Made by a program: the position numbers and the translations under genes. From contig OZ242311.1 in NCBI GenBank assembly GCA_965207885.1, forward strand, positions 4,288,001-4,352,000: a stretch of 64,000 nucleotides of DNA, given 5' to 3'. The notes under the pieces are model-generated. The model made no database searches and was not told the origin of the DNA. It worked only from the letters and a program-made list of their open reading frames with translations. Below are positions 10,649 through 21,392 of this stretch, in pieces. Source of the stretch: Candidatus Latescibacterota bacterium (GTDB lineage: Bacteria > Latescibacterota > UBA2968). The first letter of the stretch is position 1. Every line of letters starts with the position of its first letter.

Positions 10649-11665
10649 ATGCCACTGGAAGTATGTGCCCTATCACCCGAAAAGATGGAACTGCGGGAAT
10701 ACGAGGAACCAAAAGTAGGAACAGGACAGATGAAAGTGCAGAGCCTGTACGCTGCGGCCAAGCACGGAACCGAGTTATCGGGGATAAAAGGTGACAGCGC
10801 GAAACGCGGACCTTATGATCCGGAACTCCAGGTATTCCCAAACACGGGCAAAGGGCGGTCGTCTCGGACGGGCAATATGTTTATAGGCACTGTAATCAGC
10901 GAGGGCGTAGATGGGTTCGTAGAAGGCGACGTAGTGCTGAGCTACGGACCATTTAGAGAAGTCCATGTCATCTCGACCGAACGATGCTGGAAAGTACCAG
11001 AAGGATTTTCGTGGAAATCCGCGGTCTGTTTGGACCCGGCGGATTTTGCCATGTGTGCGGTCAGAGATGGACAGGTAAGAGTCGGAGACGCTGTGGCCGT
11101 ATTTGGGATGGGAGCCATTGGCCTGATGGTCGTACAAATCGCCAAATTATCCGGGGCATATCCAATCATCGCGGTCGATCCATTGGAAAACCGCCAAAAA
11201 GTGGCTCAAATCTGCGGTGCCGACCTGATCCTCGATCCCACAACCTGTGATGCAGGCGTAGAAATCAAAAAAGCAACCGGGAACCGGGGCGTGGATGTAG
11301 CAATTGACTACAGCGCCAATGTACACGCCCTGCAAGCAGCCATACGCGGCGTGGCATTTGGCGGCAATGTAGTGGCTGGCGCTGCGCCAGCACCTTATGG
11401 TCCCGGACTCGATCTTGGCGCAGAAGCGCATTACAACCGCCCCAATCTCATCTTTTCGCGGTCCTGCAGCGACCCCAACCGGGAATATCCCCGATGGGAC
11501 GAAAAACGCATTTACGCCACTTGCTGGCGACTGCTCACCGAGGGAAAACTGACGGGCGAACCCATTGTAACGCCCGTAGTAGCTTTTGAAGACCTCGTCG
11601 CAGAATATCCCAAAATCACCAGCAACCCCGAGCAGAATATTAAATTAGGAGCTTATTTCAAATAG
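10649..11665 (+). CDS. Zinc-binding alcohol dehydrogenase (MDR) family
   Basis: HGTEL, GMGAIG Rossmann motif. Confidence 0.85.
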   Translation: MPLEVCALSPEKMELREYEEPKVGTGQMKVQSLYAAAKHGTELSGIKGDSAKRGPYDPELQVFPNTGKGRSSRTGNMFIGTVISEGVDGFVEGDVVLSYGPFREVHVISTERCWKVPEGFSWKSAVCLDPADFAMCAVRDGQVRVGDAVAVFGMGAIGLMVVQIAKLSGAYPIIAVDPLENRQKVAQICGADLILDPTTCDAGVEIKKATGNRGVDVAIDYSANVHALQAAIRGVAFGGNVVAGAAPAPYGPGLDLGAEAHYNRPNLIFSRSCSDPNREYPRWDEKRIYATCWRLLTEGKLTGEPIVTPVVAFEDLVAEYPKITSNPEQNIKLGAYFK

Positions 11666-11805
11666 CTCCCAGGCTTTTTTGCCATCTCGTAAGCGGACTT
11701 AGAGCAGATATGCTACGCGCTGTTCGAGGATTTGACCCGCCAAGACAGAACCCAACACAAAACAGCCATCCAATGTGGGTGGCTGTTCTAATAAGGAAAA
11801 TTTCC

Positions 11806-12900
11806 ATGCTGAAAATCAAGGTAGTTGTATTGTTTTTTCTTTTTTTATGTCAGACTGCTGAGAGCAAAGAACTAAGTCCAGACATACAGTTATTGATTGC
11901 TCATGGGTTTATTAAAGAAGCAAAACTTGAGTTGATTGCCGTGGCCCGCAATCCTGCAAATAGTGACCCAGAGAAAATACAGGCTCTATTGCTTTTGGAC
12001 ACGATAGCATCAAATAACACAGAAAAAAAAGTTGTTTTGGAGATGCTATGTGACATTGACAACAAATACTTGCCGCAGCTAAAACAATTTGAAGCTGATG
12101 TTTTAAAGGAAAAAGAGCAAGAGAAGTTAGCCCAGCAAAGGCTCCGAGATGAGGAACACGCCAAACAGTATCTTGAACATGCAAAGTTATGGAGAAAACG
12201 GATAAGAGAATGGAAGGATAGTTCCGATTATTATGACTATGAAGAGTTGGTGGCGTCTATGGAATTTTGGCTTAACAAAGCATTAAATCATGTTCCCAAC
12301 TCCGATGTATCTAAAGATGCCTTTGAGTTTTATTTTGATGTTCTATTTCAAGACCTGATAATCTACAAGCCGGGATTCTTCTCTTCTAAGTTAGATGCAA
12401 AGAATTTTGAAGAATCAATGGCCAAGATTGTCAATGGCCTTAAAATTTATGAGACAATGTATTCCGACGCTCCAGAGGTTTTGGAGTTGATGTGGAATAT
12501 ACATGACACTTTTTACCGGTTGTCTCTGCATCGTCAATGGCGGCAAGTGATTCCAAGAAAGCGTAGTGATATAAAAGGGGAACATAGGGGTTTAACTTAT
12601 ATTGGCTCTATGTTTGACATGTACATGTTGTCCCTGGAATGGTTAGATCGTATTATGAAGAAATCCGAGGATAGAGAGAATTTCTATTCTGATATGGCAC
12701 GTCGAAAATATCGATTTATGTCTCGCTACTTCCACCGTTATGTCGAGAAGGACGAAAAGAACCGATATCGCATCAAAAGTGTCCATCACTCAAGTGGATT
12801 TAGAGGTGTAACAGAAGAAGACCTAAAAAAGATACAAGAAGAACTCAGCCTAAGAGTCACGAAATACCCTGTTATAGAAATATCTTCTGTTTCCCATTAG
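11806..12900 (+). CDS. Hypothetical secreted, helical protein; AT-rich
   Basis: Signal-peptide-like MLKIKVVVLFFLFLCQTAES; visibly lower GC than flanks; no recognisable domain. Confidence 0.65.
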   Translation: MLKIKVVVLFFLFLCQTAESKELSPDIQLLIAHGFIKEAKLELIAVARNPANSDPEKIQALLLLDTIASNNTEKKVVLEMLCDIDNKYLPQLKQFEADVLKEKEQEKLAQQRLRDEEHAKQYLEHAKLWRKRIREWKDSSDYYDYEELVASMEFWLNKALNHVPNSDVSKDAFEFYFDVLFQDLIIYKPGFFSSKLDAKNFEESMAKIVNGLKIYETMYSDAPEVLELMWNIHDTFYRLSLHRQWRQVIPRKRSDIKGEHRGLTYIGSMFDMYMLSLEWLDRIMKKSEDRENFYSDMARRKYRFMSRYFHRYVEKDEKNRYRIKSVHHSSGFRGVTEEDLKKIQEELSLRVTKYPVIEISSVSH

Positions 12901-13001
12901 ACATAAAAACAGCCACCAGTGATAGGTGGCTATTTCTTTATACGTATTTGTGAATTGAACCACTATTCGCCAGAATGCCCTGCCGCCCATTGTACCGCAT
13001 C

Positions 13002-13949
13002 TCATTCTTCGGAATAACGTTGCGTAACCGCCTTTGCGGCTTCGTCAAGGCCGGGAAAAAGACTCTCACGAGTGATGTTCAGGAAGCGCAATTCTTCCAT
13101 AATATCCTGCTTACTCGTGTACGGCACCTTGAGCGTATAATAGTCGTAAACTGGAATGTCGGTGTTCCGACTCAGAATTTCTTCGCGCTCAAACCGCTCG
13201 TGAAATACCGAAATGAGAAAGGCACCGGATTGCATCCGGATGCGCTCAAACGACTGTTGAGGTTCAACCACGAAGACGCGCAAGAAATCTCTTAAGTCGA
13301 TATTTTTCAGGAAATACGGTTTCTCTTGCCGGATGAAATGGTAGAGACGATCCCAAGCCTCTTCGTGTTCTTTTACAAGGCGTTCTTTTACAAGATCCAA
13401 GTCTTCGTCCTCATCAGTGCCTTCCCCCATTTTGCTCAACAACTGATTCTGCTCTGCATAACGAAGTTTGGCGAAATTGGCGATGACGCTTACCGTGTCG
13501 CTGTTGAACGACTTAACCATGTCTCTCCACACCGAGAATACATGCAGGCGACCATCCTCGATACTGTCATCTTCGCAGGCATTGAACAGAGCGACCAAAG
13601 GATTTCGGGTTATATCGAGGAGCCGAGTCTTAAGCCCATAATGCTGTGCAAGCACCCATTGTGATAATGCTGATGTCAGCCCGCTAAACGCCTCCGGCTG
13701 ACGCGACATAAGTTCGTTCAGCATCTCGCCTTCCCATGCCCGGAATGGGAATTTATCTTTATTCTCTTCTGAACACCGCATCACGGAGGGACGTAGATCC
13801 CACGAGTCGTCGCATTCTCCTCGGAAATAGAGTTGATCATCAGGATGTTGGTTTTGCAGGTCGCGGCATGCTCCCAGCAAATTCTCAATACTTTTGATTT
13901 CCTTATTGCCGTTCTCCCGATTTGCCCCGGTATTTTGGGCTTCTTTCAT
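13002..13949 (-). CDS. FRG domain protein
   Basis: YFRGE, QHYGLKTRLLDIT.NPLVALFNA, RIRMQSGAF, LFPGLD; ATG overlaps upstream stop (ATGA). Confidence 0.88.
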   Translation of the reverse strand: MKEAQNTGANRENGNKEIKSIENLLGACRDLQNQHPDDQLYFRGECDDSWDLRPSVMRCSEENKDKFPFRAWEGEMLNELMSRQPEAFSGLTSALSQWVLAQHYGLKTRLLDITRNPLVALFNACEDDSIEDGRLHVFSVWRDMVKSFNSDTVSVIANFAKLRYAEQNQLLSKMGEGTDEDEDLDLVKERLVKEHEEAWDRLYHFIRQEKPYFLKNIDLRDFLRVFVVEPQQSFERIRMQSGAFLISVFHERFEREEILSRNTDIPVYDYYTLKVPYTSKQDIMEELRFLNITRESLFPGLDEAAKAVTQRYSEE

Positions 13950-14773
13950 ACGGCCTTCGCTTTCCACAGTTTCGCTTTCCATATCTGCGAATGCGATATA
14001 TTTGTGCCGATGAGCTTTGTAGAGACAAAATCTGCGCCAGCGACTGTCGCTTTCGTCAGGTTGGCATTGGAAAGATCGGCTTCGGAAAAATCGGCTTCGG
14101 AAAGGTTGGCACCGGAGAGATCGGCATAGGTGAGAGTCGCTCTCTTGAACTTGGCACGGGAGAGGTTAGCACCAGTCAGATTGGCATTGGAAAGATCCGC
14201 ATTGGAAAGATCGGCATTGGAGAGATTAGCTTTGGAAAGGATAGCACTAGAAAGGTTGGCACCGGTCAAGACAGCTTCAGAAAGGTCGGCTTCAAGGAGT
14301 TCGGCACAGACGAGAATTGCACCAGTCAGATTGGCTTTGGTAAGGACAGCATCACAAAGGGCGGCACCGCTAAGGTTGGCACCGGTTAAGTTAGCACTGG
14401 AGAGGATAGAAAATGAAAGGTTGGCACCGGAGAGATCGGACTTAAACAAAAAAGCCTCGGTTAAATCGGTCTCCCAAAGCCGCGCTTGATAGAGTTTGGT
14501 GTTAGAGAGTTTGGCCCGTCTAAGATTGGCGTTGTAAAGATACACACCGGTCAAGTCGGCACTATTTGAATTGGATTTGGAGGGGGCGGCCCAGGTACTC
14601 AGATCAATTTCAGAGAGAGGCATTTTCCTATTGCTATCGAGTTTGCCTGCTTCCTGAAATTTTTTGTAGAGGTTCACCCCCGCAAGATCTGGCACAAAAT
14701 TTTCACGCTCGCGCATCGCGTTCCATGATTCGGCTCCTTCGAGAAGCCATTCAATGTGTTGTTTATCCGCCAT
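13946..14773 (-). CDS. Pentapeptide repeat protein
   Basis: Long A(N/D)L(S/T)x repeat tract; MADKQHIEWLLEG..WN start after AGGAG. Confidence 0.9.
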   Translation of the reverse strand: MADKQHIEWLLEGAESWNAMRERENFVPDLAGVNLYKKFQEAGKLDSNRKMPLSEIDLSTWAAPSKSNSNSADLTGVYLYNANLRRAKLSNTKLYQARLWETDLTEAFLFKSDLSGANLSFSILSSANLTGANLSGAALCDAVLTKANLTGAILVCAELLEADLSEAVLTGANLSSAILSKANLSNADLSNADLSNANLTGANLSRAKFKRATLTYADLSGANLSEADFSEADLSNANLTKATVAGADFVSTKLIGTNISHSQIWKAKLWKAKAV

Positions 14774-15100
14774 ATCCCTTTCTCCTCTACTCAGAATTTC
14801 ATTTATCTTCCTGCTGGTATAAGACTGTTGAGGTATGCTCGGCATACCTTTCTGCTTAATCGTCTCAGACCAATATAGCCAACATCATATCATCGTGCAA
14901 GGTCATCGCTTTTTTTCGATGAATTTGGGGGCACTATCCGGCGCAAGGCCAAACGAACCCAAACGCCCTGATCTGACCTGCGGGTTTTCATCCTGATCAT
15001 CCTTTCATCACTGGATAGAACCACTCCAGTGCAGGCTCTGCCCATCCAGATGAACTGATCTGAAAATCGACCAGTTGTACACCGCTTCCGATAATGTTTT

Positions 15101-16996
15101 TCACCCCAACACCCGCACATCCCCTTGCCGAATGGTTATGCCTTGTGTATCAAAATAATTTAACAGCGGCACGGCAAATTTGCGCGTGGTGCCGATCAGG
15201 CTGCGAAAAGTCGATACATCGATCTCTCCATTTTCTTTCAGATAATCGACCAGTTGCCGCGCCACCTCTTCCATCACCTCCGGATGAAAGAGCAACGTAT
15301 CGTCCAGGCGCACCAGATTTCCCATAGCCTGCATCGCCGACACCACATCTCGCACAGAGCTGGCATTGACCTGAATCGCATCGGGCAGCGTCTTCAAGTC
15401 CTCAGGCGTCGTCCCCCCATCTTTTAATACCCGCACAATCGCATCGCGAATTTCCTCTTGTTGGGGCGTCAACGCAATTTTGTAATCGCGCAACCCGATC
15501 AGCGCGTTATCGCTTCTTAAGATACCTTCGCGAACGAGATATTCAACACCCTGCGCAAACAAATCGTCAGACGGCGTACCCTTCACCAATGCGCGAAGCT
15601 CCTCGCGTCGCGCACCTGGTCGGAGGGGATGCGCCTCGTGAAAAACCTGCACCGCATCGCCAATTCCGTCCAGCAATTCCCGCCAGCACATCGCGTGGAC
15701 ATACATCGCTTTACCCGCCTGCACATAAGAAATCACATCGCCCGAATTGGCGAGCGCGGTTAACTGACCCTCAATCCCACTCGCAGACACCGCCATCTCA
15801 GACGCGAGTTGGAGCGCAGTTCGCGGTTGCAATCGCGCGGCCTTTAAGCGCGTCAACAAAACCTGTGTGGGATCATCCTGCTCCAATTCTCGCAGTGCAT
15901 CATTGACATCGTCCCGAAACCGCCGATGCTTCACGGGTTGCGGATCCAGCACCACGCCACCGCCCAGCGTTTGCACTGGTGAATACCGCCGGATCACAAA
16001 CCGATCTCCCCGTGCGGCAACGCCCGGTTCCTCCAGGCGCAACTGCACCAGTTGCGATTCACCCGGCAACAAAGTCTCACCTTCGAGCAACACCACGCGA
16101 GCCAAAACCTCTCGCGGTCCCATAAGCAGATGTACGCGCGTGCGATTTGTCACATGCGCGGGTGCATCGGGTAGCATGTGCAAGCGCGCATCGATCATAT
16201 ACGTCGTCTCAAAATACCCCGGTTGTGCCAGAAGATCACCCCGAGACACTTCATCTACTTCGACCCCGCTTATATTAATAGCCGCGCGCGCGCCCACCTG
16301 TGCCACATCCACATCCCGCCCATGCGTTTGCACGCCGCGCACTCGAACACCTTTGCCCGCTGGCAACAGCGACAATTCGTCTCGCACGCGCACATCCCCT
16401 GAAATCACAGTACCCGTCACCACAGTTCCAAATCCCTGCACGGAAAAAGTGCGATCAACGGGCAAGCGAAAAATACCCTGGTCTGGCCGTACCTCAACCC
16501 TTGCAACCTCCGCCTCAACCGCCGCGCGCAACGCATCGATCCCCTCACCCGTGATCGACGATACGGGCACAATCGGTGCATCCTCCAAAAATGTATCTGC
16601 AAACACCTCCCGCAATTCCTCTTCCACCAGCTCCAGCCACTCTTCTTCTACCAGATCAACTTTAGTCAACACCACAATACCGCGGGGTACGCCCAAAAGA
16701 TTCAAAATACCCAGATGCTCGCGCGTCTGCGGCATCACCCCATCATCGGCAGCCACCACAAAAAGTGCCAGATCAACCGTACACACCCCCGTCACCATAT
16801 TCTTGACAAACCGCTCGTGCCCGGGCACATCGATAATGGTCACATTATCTTTCCAATACGCAAAACCAATATCAATGGTCACGCCGCGATCGCGCTCCTC
16901 GGGCAAAGTATCGGTCTCAATACCCGTCAATGCCTTAACCAGTGCCGTCTTGCCGTGATCAATATGCCCGGCCGTTCCAATAATCACATGCGCCAT
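15101..16996 (-). CDS. selB: Selenocysteine-specific translation elongation factor
   Basis: GTAGHIDHGKT, DVPGHE, TKVD; C-terminal winged helices with TRKFAVPLL. Confidence 0.96.
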   Translation of the reverse strand: MAHVIIGTAGHIDHGKTALVKALTGIETDTLPEERDRGVTIDIGFAYWKDNVTIIDVPGHERFVKNMVTGVCTVDLALFVVAADDGVMPQTREHLGILNLLGVPRGIVVLTKVDLVEEEWLELVEEELREVFADTFLEDAPIVPVSSITGEGIDALRAAVEAEVARVEVRPDQGIFRLPVDRTFSVQGFGTVVTGTVISGDVRVRDELSLLPAGKGVRVRGVQTHGRDVDVAQVGARAAINISGVEVDEVSRGDLLAQPGYFETTYMIDARLHMLPDAPAHVTNRTRVHLLMGPREVLARVVLLEGETLLPGESQLVQLRLEEPGVAARGDRFVIRRYSPVQTLGGGVVLDPQPVKHRRFRDDVNDALRELEQDDPTQVLLTRLKAARLQPRTALQLASEMAVSASGIEGQLTALANSGDVISYVQAGKAMYVHAMCWRELLDGIGDAVQVFHEAHPLRPGARREELRALVKGTPSDDLFAQGVEYLVREGILRSDNALIGLRDYKIALTPQQEEIRDAIVRVLKDGGTTPEDLKTLPDAIQVNASSVRDVVSAMQAMGNLVRLDDTLLFHPEVMEEVARQLVDYLKENGEIDVSTFRSLIGTTRKFAVPLLNYFDTQGITIRQGDVRVLG

Positions 16997-18402
16997 CAAC
17001 CCCGCGCTCCTTTTTGTACCGCATCGCCCACAATACTCACCTCGTCATCTCTGATCGTGCGCAAATCCAGAAATAACTGGTCACCGCGCACATAGCAAAT
17101 AACGGGCGGATCATAGCGGCGCAACGCATTGGAAAGGGACAAAATATCGCCACCGGAAATTGCGACTGCAACACTCGGAATATTTTCCAAAGGCAGCGCA
17201 CCACTGCCAGTTTGTGCCTGAGAATCGACCAGTTCACATGAAAAACCCTCAAGTTCACCGATCATCCGCAACAACCGCCGACCACGCCGCTCAAGCATTC
17301 CCACAGGCTCCGTCAACATGCGAAGTGTGGGATGTTCGCGCGCCAATGCCTCTGGATTTAAAAACAACTTCAACGTCGCCTCCAGCGCGGCATACGTCAG
17401 CTTTCCACAACGCAACGCGCGCATCAAGGGATTTTTGCGAATCTGTTCTACGACATTTTGTTTCCCCACAATAATCCCACACTGCGGCCCACCGAGAACC
17501 TTGTCACCACTAAACATCACCACATCTGCCCCGGCGGAAATACTATCAGATACCAGCGGCTCGTAGGGCAATCCGTAATCCCGCAAATTGACCAGCACAC
17601 CGCCGCCCAAATCGTGCGCCACAGGCACGCCGCGTTGTCGTCCCAACACCACCATATCTTCCAGTGCTACTTCGGCGGTAAATCCCATCACCCTGTAATT
17701 GCTCGGATGCACCGCCAGCATCACCCCCGTATTTTCCGTCAAAGCGTTTTCATAATCGCTCAAATGAGTGCGATTGGTCGTCCCCACCTCGACGAGTTGC
17801 GCCCCACTGCGCGACATAATATCGGGAATGCGGAACGATCCCCCAATTTCGACCAGTTGCCCGCGCGACACAATCGCCTCTTTGCCACCGGCCAGTGTAT
17901 TTAACGTCAACAAAACAGCCGCTGCATTGTTATTTGCAATCGCAGCGGCTTCGGCACCGGTCAACTCACACAGCAATTTTTCCACAAGCGTCGTACGCGA
18001 CCCGCGTTGTCCAGTCTCCAGATCCAACTCCAGATTGCTATACGAACCAGCAATATCGGCAATATGTTTCACCGCAACATCGGACAGCGGCGCGCGTCCC
18101 AAATTGGTATGCAGAATAACCCCAGTCGCATTCACAACACACCTGAGATTTGGCGCAAACCGTTCTGCTAACTCCCTCTCCACATCCCCAACAATCCATT
18201 CGGTCAACGCCTCACGCGACGCACCCACCGCCTTGCCATCGCGCATCATCCCCCGCACGCGATCTATCGCCCGTCGAATCATATCGGTCAAAACAGACGT
18301 CCCACAGCGCTTTGACAGCGTCTGAATCGCCTGTTCATTGAGCACCCCATCTACACCAGGGATAATTGAATAATCTACATTCTTTTTTAAATCACCATTC
18401 AT
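16996..18402 (-). CDS. selA: L-seryl-tRNA(Sec) selenium transferase
   Basis: NATGVILHTNLGRAP, NNNAAA, EIGGSFR, FSGDKVLGGPQ. Confidence 0.96.
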   Translation of the reverse strand: MNGDLKKNVDYSIIPGVDGVLNEQAIQTLSKRCGTSVLTDMIRRAIDRVRGMMRDGKAVGASREALTEWIVGDVERELAERFAPNLRCVVNATGVILHTNLGRAPLSDVAVKHIADIAGSYSNLELDLETGQRGSRTTLVEKLLCELTGAEAAAIANNNAAAVLLTLNTLAGGKEAIVSRGQLVEIGGSFRIPDIMSRSGAQLVEVGTTNRTHLSDYENALTENTGVMLAVHPSNYRVMGFTAEVALEDMVVLGRQRGVPVAHDLGGGVLVNLRDYGLPYEPLVSDSISAGADVVMFSGDKVLGGPQCGIIVGKQNVVEQIRKNPLMRALRCGKLTYAALEATLKLFLNPEALAREHPTLRMLTEPVGMLERRGRRLLRMIGELEGFSCELVDSQAQTGSGALPLENIPSVAVAISGGDILSLSNALRRYDPPVICYVRGDQLFLDLRTIRDDEVSIVGDAVQKGARG

Positions 18403-18413
18403 AGCCCACCGCC

Positions 18414-20030
18414 CTACGGCACAATCTTAAACGCAATCTCCTTCTTCACATCGCGATCCGCCAGCAAATCCGTCACTTTGACGCGGACTTCTTGACCGCC
18501 CGGCTCGGCGTCTTTCAAATCCAATTCGACATACGCCATATCCTCCGGGGTATCACCCGATTGCTCATAGGAAATCACCACTTCCCTGCGCTTCTCTTGC
18601 AAGCGCAACATACGACCCAATCCGCGCAGCGCGCGAATCGGCGCAAGCCCTTTTTCCTGAGCGCGAAAAGAATAATCCACGCGATACCTCGTCCGTCCAA
18701 ATTCATCGCGTTTCAAATTGTACACCTCAAAATAGACAAATGCATTTTGATCTGGGCGAAACGCCTTTGACGCCATTGGAATAATTTTTAATCCGCGTTT
18801 TTGAAACGGACCTTGCTCTTCACTCGGCCCAACAAAAAATGCGAGGGCAATATCGCTCATCAACAAATCATCGCGCTGCGAAAAATCTGATACGGCCAAT
18901 GCTTGCTGATACACCTGTGATTTTCCCGACACCACATCGCGGACCTGAAAAGAAAGATAGTGCAGCCCCGCTTCAACCTCAAACGCGAGCACACCCGGAA
19001 TAAACGCCCCATCCAACACTTGCTGGTCTGACGGCGCCTGAAATGTCAATTGATCCTGCAAGCGATAGACCTCTGTCCACAGGCTATCAAACATCGCAAG
19101 ACCCCGGTCCAGCATCACCTGATCGGTTTTTTCATCAATGGGCAACCGCGCCATTTCCTCCGCTGGCAATCCATAGTAGATTTCCAGCCGCGTCGCGCCA
19201 TCTTCGCCGCGAAACCCAGCGGGAAAATAATAAAAATCAACGGGAAGCTCGGCAATATCTGCATCGTAAACTGAGGGCTGATGCGCTGCCACTTGCCGCA
19301 AAACCACCTCACTCTGATACGCCAGCAAATCCGTTGTCAAAGACAGACTCAAGCCCTCGGGCATCGGTGCAAAATCATACCTGTCCCCCTTGCCGCGACG
19401 CACAAAATCAAACTCTGTACCGCCCTCCAAATCCGCATACACCCAGTATTCCCACCACGACATCGCCGGCACTGGGAAAATGGGTTGTCCTGGTCTGATT
19501 CTCAGAGCAATGCGTCTGCGATTCACGTAATTTTGCCGCGCATCCTGTATCTCACGATCTATCTCATTTTGAATATCGCCCGACTTGCTCGTGTGATCGG
19601 GTTTGCCAAACCGCACATAGACCTCGCCCCGATCATCCCACGGGAACTGTCCCTGACCGTAATATTGCCGCGCATACGCCACGCGTCGATAATGCTCAAT
19701 GAGCCGCTCATTTGCCTTTGTCAACGGCGAGGGATCCAGGCGTCGCCAAAAGCGGTCGATCAACTCTGCGCGTTTCTCTGTATCCGCATCCCGGTAAATT
19801 TCCAGATCATCGGGAAATGCCACCTGCGCCAAATCGCGATAGAGTGCCTGCTCTTCTTCTGACAGGTCTTTGATATACTCTTCAAACAGCGTCTGCGCCT
19901 TCGCATAATCCCGAACAGACTGCGCCTGAACCGCCTGAACCAATAGCGGATCGTCAAAACCGCCCTCCTGCGTCCAAAGCGTTGTACTCAACGCAAACAC
20001 CATCAGAAAACCCGTCAATATCGCCTGCAT
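18414..20030 (-). CDS. GWxTD domain protein, secreted
   Basis: FWRRLDPSP, EHYRRVAYA, PWDDRGEVYVRFGKP; signal peptide from ATG 20030. Confidence 0.85.
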   Translation of the reverse strand: MQAILTGFLMVFALSTTLWTQEGGFDDPLLVQAVQAQSVRDYAKAQTLFEEYIKDLSEEEQALYRDLAQVAFPDDLEIYRDADTEKRAELIDRFWRRLDPSPLTKANERLIEHYRRVAYARQYYGQGQFPWDDRGEVYVRFGKPDHTSKSGDIQNEIDREIQDARQNYVNRRRIALRIRPGQPIFPVPAMSWWEYWVYADLEGGTEFDFVRRGKGDRYDFAPMPEGLSLSLTTDLLAYQSEVVLRQVAAHQPSVYDADIAELPVDFYYFPAGFRGEDGATRLEIYYGLPAEEMARLPIDEKTDQVMLDRGLAMFDSLWTEVYRLQDQLTFQAPSDQQVLDGAFIPGVLAFEVEAGLHYLSFQVRDVVSGKSQVYQQALAVSDFSQRDDLLMSDIALAFFVGPSEEQGPFQKRGLKIIPMASKAFRPDQNAFVYFEVYNLKRDEFGRTRYRVDYSFRAQEKGLAPIRALRGLGRMLRLQEKRREVVISYEQSGDTPEDMAYVELDLKDAEPGGQEVRVKVTDLLADRDVKKEIAFKIVP

Positions 20031-20118
20031 AACAACCACCTTGTAAAATGTAGGTATGCCATATAAATAGAATCTACCCCATAATCCCCCGACCCGCAAA
20101 GAAAATTTCCCTCATTTA

Positions 20119-20147
20119 TTGACAAGCACCACACCTGCATGTATCTT
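20119..20147 (+). promoter_or_regulatory. Sigma70-type promoter upstream of fbaB
   Basis: TTGACA-N17-TATCTT. Confidence 0.5.
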
Positions 20148-20248
20148 TTTGGTCTATTTTTTAAAATACGCAAAAAACGTTTATTCCTCTCCTGTAACCT
20201 CGCATTTGTGATACGAGTTCCAATTTAATTTTTCAGAAGGAGTTCTCC

Positions 20249-21322
20249 ATGGCAGTTGCTGTTCAAAGTGGCATTGACAAAATCGCGGACTACCTCGGCA
20301 ATGAAGCCGACGACTTGCTCGATTATGAAGCACTGGTAAATAAAAACTTTCTCACACTACCCGGTCCCGACTTTATCGACCGGGTCTTTGCAGACTCTGA
20401 CCGCACCATTCCCGTACTCAACAACCTGCAACGCCTCTACGGTGCGGGACGGCTCTCGGACACCGGGTACATTTCCATTCTCCCCATTGATCAGGGCATC
20501 GAACACTCTGGCGGCGCGTCCTTTGCTCCCAACCCCATCTACTTTGACCCCGAAAACATCGTCAAACTCGCCATAGAAGGGGGCTGTAATGCCGTGGCAA
20601 CCACACTGGGCGTACTCGGGATGGTCGCCCGCCAATACGCCCATAAAATCCCCTTTATCCTCAAATTTAACCACAATCAATTACTCACGTACCCATCCCA
20701 ATACGACCAGGTCATATTTGGCCAGGTCGAACAAGCCTGGGAAATGGGATGTGCAGGTATGGGCGCCACAATTTATTTTGGCTCACCCGAATCCAACCGA
20801 CAAATTGTCGAAATCAGCGAAGCATTTGCCCGCGCACACGAACTGGGGCTATTTACCGTACTGTGGTGCTATTTGCGCAACTCGGCATTTGCAACCGACG
20901 ACATCGACTACCACGAAGCCGCGGACCTCACGGGACAGGCCAACCACCTCGGTGTCACCATTGGCGCAGACATCATCAAACAAAAATTGCCGACCAACAA
21001 CAACGGTTACACAGCCCTGAATTTTGGACGCACCCACGACAAAGTCTATACCGAACTCACATCTGATCACCCCATTGACCTGTGCCGCTATCAGGTCGTC
21101 AATTGTTACATGGGCAAAGCCGGACTGATCAATTCCGGGGGCGCATCCTCAGGCGCCAGTGATTATGCCGAAGCCGTGCGAACCGCTGTAATCAACAAAC
21201 GCGCCGGAGGCACCGGCCTCATCTCTGGGCGCAAAGCATTTCAACGCCCCATGCACGAAGGCATCCAACTCCTCAACGACATACAAGACGTCTATCTCTG
21301 CCCCGATGTAACCATCTCCTGA
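20249..21322 (+). CDS. fbaB: Class I fructose-bisphosphate aldolase (DhnA type)
   Basis: [39 protein letters not shown]. Confidence 0.94.
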   Translation: MAVAVQSGIDKIADYLGNEADDLLDYEALVNKNFLTLPGPDFIDRVFADSDRTIPVLNNLQRLYGAGRLSDTGYISILPIDQGIEHSGGASFAPNPIYFDPENIVKLAIEGGCNAVATTLGVLGMVARQYAHKIPFILKFNHNQLLTYPSQYDQVIFGQVEQAWEMGCAGMGATIYFGSPESNRQIVEISEAFARAHELGLFTVLWCYLRNSAFATDDIDYHEAADLTGQANHLGVTIGADIIKQKLPTNNNGYTALNFGRTHDKVYTELTSDHPIDLCRYQVVNCYMGKAGLINSGGASSGASDYAEAVRTAVINKRAGGTGLISGRKAFQRPMHEGIQLLNDIQDVYLCPDVTIS

Positions 21323-21331
21323 TTCACGTAT

Positions 21332-21373
21332 AAAAAAAGCGGAGCTTTCGATCTGCCGAAGGCTCCGCTTTTT
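21332..21373. terminator. Bidirectional intrinsic terminator
   Basis: A7-GCGGAGCTTTCG...CGAAGGCTCCGC-T5 between convergent genes. Confidence 0.85.
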
Positions 21374-21392
21374 GTTTTATCTTCTCGGGCTC

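Noticed and set aside
15020-15090. Possible tRNA-Sec (selC) after selB: minus strand starts GGAAGCGG...CTGGT...TTCA and has a GGTTCTATCC hairpin
   Set aside because: No complementary acceptor stem or CCA end, and a poor anticodon stem; cannot fold a cloverleaf
15101-18402. In-frame UGA selenoproteins near selAB
   Set aside because: No ORF in the window shows a UGA at a conserved Cys position with continued homology, as far as can be judged by eye
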